Origin: Trichosphaerium sp. ATCC 40318
Lineage: Eukaryota > Protista > Tubulinea
Assembly: GCA_038496445.1 (NCBI GenBank)
Contig: JALMLS010000250.1
Coordinates: 8,683-72,682 of the forward strand
Length of the DNA stretch: 64,000 bases
Direction of reading: 5' to 3'
The notes beneath the pieces are model-generated. The model was given only the letters and a program-made list of their open reading frames with translations. It was not told the DNA's origin and made no database searches. Positions 40,322-52,382 of the stretch are shown here, in pieces. The position numbers were made by a program, and so were the translations under genes. Positions within the stretch are counted from its first letter, which is position 1. Each line of letters starts with the position of its first letter.

Positions 40322-42190
40322 ATGAGCGAAGACATTGATAAGCATATACTTAAACGATACGAAATCGTATCGAAGCTTGGAAAAGGAGTAAGCACTTTTT
40401 AAAACCTTTTCTATATCCTATTCGTTGCCTACGTTGCAAAGAGCAGCGTTATTTTAAAATCAGAACCGCTTGTCGAACTAGACAACGATTCACTTGTAGG
40501 AGTGACTTTTTGTCGTTTGGCCTTGAAATCTCTTCTTACTTCGCTCTTTCAACACTGCAAACAGTTCTAACAATGGAACGCAGTGAGCTCCGATCTATTT
40601 TCAGCAGCTTTATAGTATGACGCTAACTTTACCCAGGCGTACGGTATTGTATGGAAGTGTATCGACCAAAAGACAGGAGAAACTCTTGCTTTGAAAAAGA
40701 TTTTCGACGCCTTTCAAAACGCCACAGATGCACAACGTACTTTCAGGTAGCTCTAACACTAGCGTGTGACCCTAATTAACCTCGATCTTAGAGAGATTCT
40801 ATTTTTGCAGGAGTTTAGTGACCATGAGAATATTATCAAGCTAAAGAACGTCTTGAAGGCAGAAAACGACAGAGATATCTACTTAGTGTTCTTTTACATG
40901 GAGACCGATCTACACTCCGTCATTCGCGCCAATATTCTAGAAGGTAAGTACCTTATTGCATTCTCTACACTCTCAAGTGTATTTTGAAACGTTTAAAGCT
41001 TCGTCGTATCTTTTTACTGACTTTCTTGTTTTCAGGTGTTCACATGAGATATATTGTATATCAACTACTCAAAGCAATTAAGTTCTTGCACACTGGTAAT
41101 GTGTTGCATCGTGATTTGAAACCAGGTACGTTTTGATAATACGACGGATAGGAAGTAAAAACAACTTCTTTTTGTTTTTTTGTGTTTTTTCGGTTTTGTT
41201 AAGTGCTATTTAGGTAATATCCTCATTGATTCCTCTTGCGACGTTAAAGTAGCTGGTACGTTGTTGTTTTCCTTAGCGTATGCTTATTTTACTTGAGATT
41301 TCGGACTTGCCCGTCTCGTTGATGACGATAGCAAGGAAAAAGTCGCTCTTATGACTGACTACGTTGCCACTCGTTGGTACCGTGCTCCAGAGATTCTACT
41401 GGGTTGTAAAAAGTATACAAAAGGTATGTTTAGCGCTTTTTTTTTCTTTCGCTAATTAACCGCCTAGGTGTTGATATGTGGTCCATTGGCTGTATTTTGG
41501 CCGAGTTACTCGGTGGAAAGCCTTTGTTCCCTGGTACATCTACAATGAACCAATTGGATCGTATCATGGAAATTACTGGAACTCCATCCGCCAGCGATAT
41601 TGCTTGCCTTGACTCAAGTTATGCAGCTACTATGATAGCGTACGCTAGTTTCTCCGGCATTTGTATTTTTGTGCTGACTATTTTCGCAGTTCTCTACCTA
41701 AATCGCATCCTAAGTCGCCGGAGCAACTATTCCCACATGCTCCTCCAGATGCTATTGATCTGTTGATGAATCTTCTTGTATTTAACCCTGACAAGCGTAT
41801 GACCGCTGAGGGTGCCTTGAAACACGAATACGTGTCTCAATTTCACAATGAGGAAAACGAACCTTGTTTTACCCACAAGATTACGCTCCCATTCGATGAT
41901 AATACTAAGTTTACCATCGAAGAGTATCGTAACAAGTTATACTCGATGGTAGATAAAAAGAGGAAAGAACGAAGAGTTCAACGCGAAGGACGCCGCGAAC
42001 GTAGAAAGAGCAGAAATGTAGAATCTACTAAAAAGGACAAGAAAAAACGTACGTTGATTGACAACCAGTGCTTCTCTCGTTTTCTGACTCTGGTTTAGAT
42101 AGAAAGAGTTCGGAGAAGACTCGTAAGTTAGACGACAAGAAAGCACGTAAGAAGGAAGACAAGAAATCCAAAGGTGACGACGATTCTTAA
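40322..42190 (+). CDS. MAPK15: Atypical MAP kinase ERK7/MAPK15 (Dictyostelium ErkB-like)
   Basis: [68 protein letters not shown]. Confidence 0.95.
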
Positions 42191-42395
42191 ATCCGTCCCA
42201 AATACTGTAATCTAGCGTGTTAGAAATAAAACTTTCGTAGTCATTTGTGTTGTTTGTCTGTTGTCCTGTACCTCATAGTCCCGTTGACACGTGGTAACAA
42301 GCGATTGGTAAACTAGTAAATTTTTTTTCGCTTCAGGCCTTAATTGCTTAAGTTACATTTTTGTACGCAACGTCAGCAACTGGTAGCAACAAAAC

Positions 42396-44874
42396 ATGGT
42401 TGTATTTGCTGTTGCTGTTGTTTCTAAGGCGGGCAAAGGTAATTGGGTGTATGATTTTTCTATGTGAATAATGTATTTCTTTAGCGCTCCTATCGCGACA
42501 ATTTATTCATATAACTCGCTCGCGCATCGAGGGTTTATTGGCAGCTTTTCCCAAGCTGCTGGGTTCTGGAGGACAACAACACACGTATATAGAGACTGAT
42601 TCTGTGCGGTACCTCTACCAACCGATGGATACAATGTATATGGTAGTATTGACAAACAAAGCGAGTAATATACTTGAGGACCTTGAAACGTTACACATAC
42701 TCACAAAACTAGTGCGTGATGGCGTGTTAGTGGTAATACTAACTAGTTACGTTTTAGGTGCCCGAGTATTGTCGAGGCGTCAGCGAACAGGAGGTTTTAT
42801 CAAAGGCTTTCGATTTGAGTGCGTACAACGTGGTTTAAAAGCGAAAAAAAACCTTTTAATTCGCAATTTGATCAAAAAAAAGTAGTATTGTCCCTTACCT
42901 ACGCTAGTATTTGCTTTTGACGAGGTTATTGCCATGGGTTACAAAGAAAAAGTGACAGTGCAACAAATCAAACAATTTACCGAAATGGACAGTAACGAAG
43001 AGAAGATTGCTGAGATGTTACAGGAGGTATGAACAAGCAATCTTTATTGAATTTTTTTTTCAAATTATCTTTACAAAAACCACGTGGCTTGAGGACACTG
43101 TGAAGCAGCAAGGCTGTTGTTTTTTGCGTTAACAAACAAAAATATTAAGTGTTTTGTAGACCAAGATAAAGGAGGCTCGTTTGAAAGCCAAGCAAGTGCG
43201 CAAAGAACTTGATAGGTGCGTTTTTTTTTCTTTTTTTTTTTTGATCATTTTTTGATTAAATTTGGACGTTCTTACTCGTTTCTAGGCAGCGTAGAGAGCG
43301 AGAAAAGATGGGTATCAGTGATATTGGTCCAAATCGTAGCCAAGGTTATGGTGGCGGTAGAAATCCTGAGCCTTATATTATTGATAATAACTCACGAGGC
43401 GGTTACCAGAGGTATGCTTTGTGTTTTTTTCTCTCAAATCCTTTTCGTTTATTGAGACTTTAAAGGGATGAACGTGGCCCTTCTGTTGGTGGTAGAGGAT
43501 ATGGAAGACCAGAACAACAACAAGAACAACAACAACAGACTTCAGGCGTAAGATAAAGATTTTTTTGTTGTTATTTGCTTAAGTGCTGATTTTCTTCCAA
43601 GGGATTTGACCTTAGCGGTAAACGTCGTGGTGTTGTGAACCAAACAGATAAGTATTTGAGGAAGATGCAAGAAGAAGGAGATATTGATGATATTGGTGAC
43701 CGCCCTGCTGCAAAGAAAAAGCAAGTAGCAGCTGCTCCAGTATCAAACGATCCGTACGATTCTTATCTTGTTTTTTTTCTCGACATGTCGGTCTCATTCA
43801 TGCTCGCTTGCTTTATTTTTGTTTTTGTTAGGTGCCTTTTCATTGCGTCTTATGGGTTTTTTTTTAGTATTAATATCGCTATAACCGAGCACTTAAATGT
43901 AAGCGTTGACCGTGATGGTGGTATAAACAGAATGGAGGCAAAAGGTGATTTTACCATTTCTATTACACAACAAGGATGCACTCAACCGTTTGTTCGCGTA
44001 ACAAATAACACTGATAAGAGCGTACAAATGAAAGTAAGTAGTATATTTTAACCGAATGAAGTGAGACAGAGCCTTATTAATGTTTGTTTAGCCTCATCCA
44101 AACATTAACAGACAACGTTGGGCTAAGGAATCCGTTATCTGCGTTAAGGATGTTTCTCGTGTCCATTTACCTCTTCATACACCAACAGGTGTATTGAGGT
44201 GGCGTATGCAGAGCAAAGATGAAGACAAGTTACCACTTAAAGGTAGAAATATTTGGTTTCTTTCTCCATCTTTTTTTTGTTTGTTTTTCTAAGACGATGT
44301 TTTAGTAAATTGTTGGCCATCCAGCTCTCCAGAAGGTATCACAATAGTAAATATGGAATACGAACTAGGCGAACAACGCGCTTACGAGCTCCATGATGTT
44401 ATTATTCGCGTTCCTGTAGTGTACGTGCTTACGCTGAGTGGCGATGTTTTTTTTTTGCTCTAACTTTTTTTTAGAGGTAAAGACGCTCCAATGGTGAACC
44501 AAATCGAGAGTGGAACTTATGATTTTGACGCAAGATCTTCCACACTTGAGTGGAGAATTCCTTTGATTAATGATGATAACCGTAATGGCACTCTTGAGTT
44601 TGAGATTGCTAAGTGGCAAAAGGATAATACAGATACTTCTTTCTTGTTCCCTATTGATGTAGCATTCGTATCAAACAAGACTGTCGCACACTTGGAGGTT
44701 TGTCCTTTTTTTTTTTCTCGGACTTTTTGGACTTTTTTGCACTTTTTGACGTTTTTGGGTGTTAATCTTTTGTCTTAGGTTGAGGAAGTATTCAATTCAG
44801 AAGGTGGTGATCCATTGAAGTATTCTATTACTTCACAATTAATTGTAGATTCGTACACTATTGACGATGATTAG
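42396..44874 (+). CDS. ARCN1: Coatomer subunit delta
   Basis: [53 protein letters not shown], mu-homology domain (HPNI, VLRWR, VNCWPS, NGTLEF, FPIDVAF). Confidence 0.95.
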
Positions 44875-45214
44875 ACTTATAAATTTTTTTCTCATTATCT
44901 CTTGTTTACTTTGTTTTTTCGTTTGCAACTTACCCTTGTAAGATTTATGCATCGTCATTTGCCCCTGTCTATAACGACTTCCCTCAATGTACCTTTAAGT
45001 TGTACTTTTTTGGAAGTAGCAGACACCACGTTCAGTAGGACTGTGGAACCTAAACTACAAGTTTTTCTTGAGTTTTCCCTTATTTGTCTTTTTCAGTTCG
45101 TGATACTACTATCCATGATTGATAGTAACGGAAATAATTCCAAATGTATCAAGGTTAAGTGTAACATATACGTGGTTGTGAGCGAATGAAGCGTTCTCGT
45201 TTCGGAACTTTATT

Positions 45215-45672
45215 CTAGACACGCGATTTCTACAAAAAAAGTATCTATTTTACCCTTTGGTATTCTCTCTTCCTTTGTGTTATGAAAAATGCAACAATAA
45301 GTGACACGCATGAAATTGTGAGTAAGCTACCAACAATAATGCCGATAATGGCTCCTGGCGGAAATGGCTTGGCTAGAAAGTGTCAATTTGGGCGGAATTG
45401 TTATCTTCAAGTTTTTCATGTAGAAAAAACCTCTCATCGGTTTAACGCACGTGAAGGAGCTATTCATAGTGTTAGTCTCTGCGTTAAGCTTAATTCTACT
45501 GAAAATTACCTGTACTATTTCCTGTACTGTTGTTACTTATAAGTACGCTGTCTAGGGGCTTGGAGGTGCTGGTTAGACTCGTTTAGAGGGTTTTTTTTGC
45601 TACGAGTACCTCAAATGCTATTGCCGATATAAATAATAGACTGAGAATAATGTGCGTAGTTAGCTTATACAT
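45215..45672 (-). CDS. Small type I membrane protein (signal peptide + TM); middle exons unresolved
   Basis: MYKLTTHIILSLLFISAIAFE...PFPPGAIIGIIVGSLLTISCVSLIVAFFITQRKREYQR/KSRV*. Confidence 0.55.
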
Positions 45673-45749
45673 TTTGTCACGTGAGTGAAGAACAAAAGGT
45701 TTTGAGCATTTTTTCTTTGCTGTTCCAACAATTTCGTCTTGTTTAGTAA

Positions 45750-46200
45750 TCAAATCATAGAGAAAGTTTAGGGTGCGCTGAATGGTCACAGTTTGAAACT
45801 TCTGCCCTGAAGGATGAGCCTTTGGTGAATGTATGTTTACTTATTAGCTTGGAGAAGCATTTTTTTCTACTACGTATCTGTGACAACGGTGTTAGTCCGC
45901 CTTGCTTTTTGGGAAACAACAAGGCAGAAGAGGGAAGGCAAGATTGGCATGTGTTTGCACACGATACTTTCACTCCTATACCTTTACTGTCAGGGTAATG
46001 ATTGATCTTCAGAAGGACATGATTGTGCGCCAGTGTTGGTAAATGATGCTATGTCAATCGGACAGGCAATTATAGTTTTGATTGCCAACCTAGTTGACAT
46101 TGTAAATCGCACTGAAGTCTAGTGTTCTGTGAATGATATTTCACAAGGCTTTAAGTCTACTTTTGAGCGTTTAGACGCATTAAACTTTTAACGTTCAAGG
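45750..46200 (+). ncRNA. Candidate structured non-coding RNA, identity unknown
   Basis: Several nested complementary pairs (gtcacag/ctgtgac, gccttg/caaggc, cttcag/ctgaag, gtgcg/cgcac, atgtcaa/ttgacat, ggcaat/attgcc, tgtgaa/ttcaca); no convincing ORF. Confidence 0.3.
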
Positions 46201-46210
46201 CCTTGTGACG

Positions 46211-48784
46211 ATGAGTGGGTACAAGTTGCGAGAGTTACAACAGATGTTCGCAGGGAGAATAGCAGACGACGTAATTTCTCTCATCTACGATGCCAACAGG
46301 CGGGATTTCGAACAAACGCTAAATTCGTTGTTACAAATGGATGTAAACACGCCAGAAAAGGCGCCTGACCCTTCGTTATCTCTGAGAGATAATTCAGAGC
46401 GGGACCTTGCACAACAGCCTTCAATGAGCAGTCGAACATCTCTGAATACTCTCCCTCGGCCAGATATAACGTACGCGACATAGTTACAGTGTTTTACAGA
46501 TGAATGAACCTCAATTCACTCAACCAGTTCCTATAGCAGAGCATCACGTAATACACCGCAAGAACCGCTTGTTGCAGTTGATTACATGGAAATAGATTCG
46601 CCAGGCCCTTCAAGTCCTGTTTCATCGCCAACACGACAGCGAACAATACTAGATCTCGTATGGAATATTTATTTACGCGTTTTGTAGCTTCTCAAAACGT
46701 CAAGGCGTTTGACAAAATTAAAAGAAAGTTATTTGTTTTTTTCTTATTTATCCCTTTAGACAACCTCTCCAAACATAACATCAAACCGTCGTTATCGACC
46801 TGCGTTTGTACCAGATTCACCTATTTGGCCATCAACTCGTGATAATTCTTCAGAAGACGCCTCCAGGAGGTCTAGTAGATCTAGTAGGCGGTCGTTAGTT
46901 TCAGACTCACCAAGCTTGGATTTTTCGGTTCTCTCTGATGACAGTTCTTCAGAAGAGGACGGTGATTATGTACCACCAAGCCCAGAATCAGTTGCAGTAC
47001 GCTCACTTAAAAAACTTTTTTTATTTTGGTTTTTCTTTCTGTTGAGCTTATTGCCTTTGGCTCTTTTTAACCGTTAGTATAAATCACGTGGTAGTCCTAT
47101 TATTTTATAGTGGTTACTGGTGGTTGTATTGACTTGAGGCGGGATTAAACCGCGCCAAAAGTTTCGTTAACATTCTCAGAAAACACCGCTTTATTACACG
47201 TGTATTAACTTAACAATCACTCGTAAACCCTGTTTTTTTATGGTGAATAACACTTTACAAGTTGCTCGTATTTTAATGCAAATACAATTCGTTCACTGCC
47301 TCTTTTGGATGTAGCTACTTTGAAAGAATTATTTTTTGTTTTTTTTTTGTTTTTGTTTTCTCGTTATTTAACTTTTACCAAAAACAGGATGAAACATATG
47401 CACGTGAATTACAAGCCAAATTATACAGAGAAGAAATAGCTGCTCTTGATGATGAATTAACGTCAAGCCTTTCGTTTATACCAAGAAGGACAGAGAATCA
47501 AACAAGGTCTCCTGGAAGGTCTCCTGGTGGAACTTACTTCGAGAGGAGAAGAGCAGCAATAGGAAATAATGAAAGGGCAAGAAGAGAAGCAACAAATCGA
47601 TCAAGAAGAGCAGCAAATCACTCGAGAAGAAGAGAAACAAATGATAGAAGTCCAACAACAAACTTTTTATCTCGGTTAGCTTTTATTTTTAATTAGCCTT
47701 AACAGCTATGCAACTCCCTCTAACATTCTTTTTTAGGAGCATGGATGTTACAAGACCATCTAGACGACGTAATTCACGAGGAGAGAGACGAAGGCCAAGT
47801 GGTACGGGATTTTAAAATGCTGAAAGCAATTTTATGTAAGATTGATTTTATATTTAGAGGGGAACGCTAGTGAAGGTGTTCCAGATGACTCAACTCGATC
47901 TAGAAGAGAAGAAACAGATTCTGAAATCGCACGTAGAGTACAGGAAGCCCAAGATTTTGAGTTAGCAAGGCAATTGGCTAGAGTGAGTTAACAATTAAAT
48001 AACAATAAAAAATTCACTCACTTTTTTCTTATAGCTAGAAAATGATGATGATGGCCCATATGTACCATCTTTTCGACGTAGGAGACCAAGACGTTCAAGG
48101 TAATAATATGAGTTTAGTGGACGTATTTCTTGGTTTAACAGTTGTAGTGATGAAAGGCTTGGCGGTTTCACGTTTGAAGATGCTACGACGTCTACAGAGG
48201 CAGCTGATGCTCTTCGCGATTTAATAAGTGGAAGAACTAGAAGATCAAACCCTTATCCACCTTCAAATGAAGGTAGGCGTTACAGAGTGATGCCTAGAGC
48301 AGTCCCTAGACATTTTAGATTACGTGATCGTGGATTGAGACTGGGTGGAATGGGTGGAATGGGTGGATTGGGTGGACTTGGTGGAGCAGATTCTTACGAG
48401 GTATGATTCTGTTATTTTTGTTTTTTCTATTCTGTTTCAAAAGTGGGAATCGGTTTTGGCTCATATTTATCTGTTTAGGATCTGCTTGCTCTTGGAGCAA
48501 GACTAGGAAATGTCAATGTTGGTGTATCAACAGAAACGTTATCTGCGTTACCAACGTTTAATTATGCAGGCGAGAAATTTCCAGAGATGACGTATGTTGG
48601 TTAAACATTTTATTGATTTGCTCATATTTTCTTTAGTTGTTCTATCTGTCTTGCCGAGTATGATACAGGCGAAAAACTAAGGAGATTACCTTGTTTACAT
48701 ATATTTCATTGTGATTGTATTGATCCTTGGTTAAAGGATCATAAGGAGTGTCCGATATGTAAAAACGTCGTAAAAATATCATAG
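46211..48784 (+). CDS. RING-H2 E3 ubiquitin ligase with N-terminal CUE domain and MIU/UIM-like motifs
   Basis: CUE-like [23 protein letters not shown]; [27 protein letters not shown]; [14 protein letters not shown]; [29 protein letters not shown]. Confidence 0.88.
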
Positions 48785-49224
48785 CCAAATCAAAAAAAAG
48801 AAAACGATGAGAAAAGCCATAACAGAAAAAAAATTGTACAACAAAAAAAAATTGATGAAAACCATTTTACAAAGAATTATTTTTCAGTTAAAGATATATT
48901 AATAACTTGTTCGCTTGTATCTCTACCAACACGTGCATTTTCAAAGGTTGGTGGACGAAAGGCGCGTTGACAAAGTGATAATACTGTTCAGAAAATGAAA
49001 TGCAAAAAAAACCTTATCACAATTTTGACACGTGCTAAGCTCTGCAAGTACATGTGGAGTAACACATTCTAATATTGTTGTTGCTCTATTAACGTTTTCG
49101 CAAGGTTTTTGAGGGTGTTCCTATTTCTTCAAAATTCGTAAAGTTGCAGCTTTCACTGAAAATAATTTTAGGACGTAGCACAAGAAAACACAATAAATTA
49201 ATTGATAACATTAAAGAGCGCATC

Positions 49225-50843
49225 ATGTCTAAATACGCAGGTAAGAGGAAGGAAGTGAAGGAAATAAACGACTTACAACGATTAGAACACCATGAAGACC
49301 TAAAACTTGTTCAAAAGAAAGCAAAGCAGTTTGCTGATATGCTGCGAGCATCAAAACACTCGGTAGCGTACACAGGTACGCAAACAATATAATTTTGATC
49401 CATTTTTAACTTTTTTCCCTAGGAGCTGGTATTTCTACCTCCGCAAACGTCCCTGACTACAGAGGGCCTACAGGAATATGGACGCAAAAAGAACAAGGCA
49501 TAAAGCCCAAACTAGAAGGTTTTATGGACGAAGCTTGTCCTACATTCGGCCATATGGCACTTATGGAGATGCTGAAGCCGTAAGTATTAATTTTCGGAGA
49601 TTGCACCGCAGCGTCTTGGTTTTTTTTGACAAGTTTTAAAGGAATCACCTCAGCCATATTGTCTCGACAAATGTTGATTGTTTACATCTGAGAAGCGGTG
49701 CACCTAGATCTAAAGTATCTGAAATACATGGTAATGTATTCAAGTACGTACTTTTTAAAGACCTAAAGATAGTGAATTCGTACTAAGTGAACACTTAGGG
49801 AAGTGTGCGCTGATTGCGGAGCTGAATATTTCCGACACTTTGATGTCCTTGGACGTGTTAAAAATAGACAAACTGGAAGACTGTGTGAAAAACGTGGCTG
49901 TAAAGGTGTACTTAAGGATTGCATCATTAACTTCGGTGAAGTACGTATACGTATACTGCTAGAGCACGTTGAAGTCAAGTATTAACATGTATACCTTAGT
50001 TCCTAAGTTCAACTGAACATTCAAATGCAGTAAAAAACTCAAAAAAAGCTGACTTGGCAATTGTAATGGGCACAAGTATGCGTGTTTCATCAGCTGCAGA
50101 GTATCCTCTAGCGTAAGGACTTAAATTCATATCAAAAAAGTTACTTATTGATCGTGTTTAGCGTTGCAAAAAGAGGTGGACAACTTGTCATTATTAATCT
50201 TCAAAAAACTCCTTATGACAAGAAAGCAACACTTCGTGTTTGGGCAAAAACAGATGTATTCCTAGAGATGGTATCAAAAGAGCTTGGTATAGATGTACCA
50301 GCCTACGATATGTCGAAAGATCCAATATTGAGTGTTCCTAAAGAGACTAAAACGCTTAAAATTAAGAAACTATGGAAAGGAGTGACAAAAGAAGATGTCA
50401 AAGATACTTTTAGTAAACATGGCAAAGTCAAACATGTGTACTACTATGATAGCTATGCATACGTTGTATTTGATAAAGTAGAAAGTGCTGTAAGCGCACT
50501 GGCGTCAATCAATGAGGTACATACTCAGAAAAAAGCAAGAATCTCGCCAACGTCTTTTTTTTTTACTGCTTTTGGTTTTTAACCTCATTTTTTCTCTTAG
50601 GGTGCTGATAAGCTTAAAAATGTAGTTGCAGATTATGCATGTGGTATCGTGAATCCTGATTTTGAGCGAATGAAACAAACAGTATCAACTGTCAGTGGAA
50701 GTTCTATGGCTGATGATGAGCCGTAAGTTTTTACATGTTCTAAATATTTGTTCTTTTTCTAATTTAATCACCATAGACCTCCACCTGCACTTCTAGCTGA
50801 AGTATTGACAAAATTCAATAAAGTCCTGAAACCAGCAAATTGA
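49225..50843 (+). CDS. Class IV sirtuin (SIRT6/7-like) fused to a C-terminal RRM
   Basis: [34 protein letters not shown], Zn ligands [26 protein letters not shown]; [45 protein letters not shown]. Confidence 0.88.
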
Positions 50844-51002
50844 TGCTCAACTATTTATTTGCAACTTAGAATAAAAGATGTACCAAAAACTGTACAATAA
50901 AATAGCATTAAATACATTCTTGTTTACATTACCGCTTTTGGAACAAGCTTCGAAGCTACTGTTATTTCAATAGAAAAACGAGAAGAAGTGGTGTTTAATA
51001 TC

Positions 51003-51939
51003 TTAACTTGGTGATGGTGGCATAGATGCATGTAACTTTGTCATCTCAGCTGCTTTTTTCATAAATCCTTCTCTATCTTCCTTCAACATTTTGTATACTT
51101 CTGAATTATTGTAGTACTCTACTGCAGTACTTGTTAGCCTAATGAACTTCAAGTATTGTTTCACGTGTTACCATCGTCAAAATTAGTTAGTAGTTCTCGT
51201 ATAGTTTTAACAACATCTACCATCCAAGACACCGGACTCCAATCCTGGTACAGCATCGCTAAATGTGTGCCTCCATGAGCAAACAACTGCGCCTGGTTAG
51301 CTGGAAGTATACGTTAACAAAAGGGGAGGTTACCATTGGATGTATTAGCTTAGTTTTGAATTTTACAAAGGGAGCCTTAAACGGGTAGTTGTCCTAAAAA
51401 CAGAATCATCATTTGCAGAAAATCCGTTGTCTTTTTGTCATTTTTGTCCTTGTGCGTACATTTAATCTAAATATGAGGGTGAAATATCCTTCCTCATATG
51501 GTGTATCTTTCTAGGAGCAGCTTCGTTAGCAAAATAGCTTTCTTTACTTATGTTATTGTAGTACAGGTCCAGGGAACGTTATTTCCCACGTTTTATCCCA
51601 TGTTTGTACGTTAACGTGTAGTTTAGGATCGGTTTGATCACATAACTTATCATACTCCATTTGCAGGCGTTTATTGTACGAAAATTTGCTTCTTATTAAC
51701 CCCTTGAGCGGTTTTATTCATTTTAAAGATAGTTTTATCAAAATAGCCTGCGATTTGCTTACTTTTCTATAAGAAGGCGTTCTCAATACCAGTTCTTTTG
51801 TTCCTACGCTTACTAAGCGTAATGTGAGTTGTGTGGTAAAATCGCATGAGCCAATAATGGCAAACATCATTTCAGGTATTATCAATGGCTCAAAGTCGCT
51901 CTCATAACATTTGTGCTCCATGTGAGAGTGTTTATTCAT
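51003..51939 (-). CDS. F-box-like + inactive ubiquitin-conjugating (UEV) fusion protein, paralog 2
   Basis: IIPEMMFAIIGSCDFTTQLTLRLVSVGTKELV; KRLQMEY...WEITFPGPKDTPYEEGYF..NYPFKAP..TKLIHPMAQLFAHGGTHLAMLYQDWSP...DREGFMKKAAEMT; His at the catalytic Cys position; intron positions match paralog 1. Confidence 0.8.
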
Positions 51940-52382
51940 GCGTTAGGTACACCGTATTTACTTGACTGTACAAGTTTGGAAAAAGTCTAAATTATAAATT
52001 ATAAATTTGGCTTGCTCTTCATCACGTGCGGAATAAATCACGCTATACGAGTCGGAGAAGGTAGGGAAACCATTGCCGACTATTTAGCCTGGCATCCAAG
52101 TAGACGTTAGTGTGATGTACAACAAATACATTATTCCAGAAGGTGATTTTGGATATTCCTTCAGATCGTACCGAGTCCTACTGGTTAAGAGTATGTTGAA
52201 CAAATGCAATTGTTGGTGTTAATTAAATAAATATACTGATGCCACGCCGTCTAGTTGGGATCCTTTCGGGCCTTTCGTACTTTCATAATAAGACTTCGAC
52301 AGTCAACATTTAGTGTTTGTTTCTTTTAATAATATGGCAATCGTGATCAGTACTTAGGGATCTTGATAACACTTCATAAGCA

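Noticed and set aside
45762-45775. ACCCTAAAC (minus strand) as a telomerase RNA template
   Set aside because: A single 9-mer with the telomere repeat unknown, and on the strand not favoured by the G-U pairing; easily chance.
48340-48390. (GGTGGAATG)n microrepeat as a regulatory or G-quadruplex element
   Set aside because: It encodes a GGM/GGL low-complexity linker in the RING E3.
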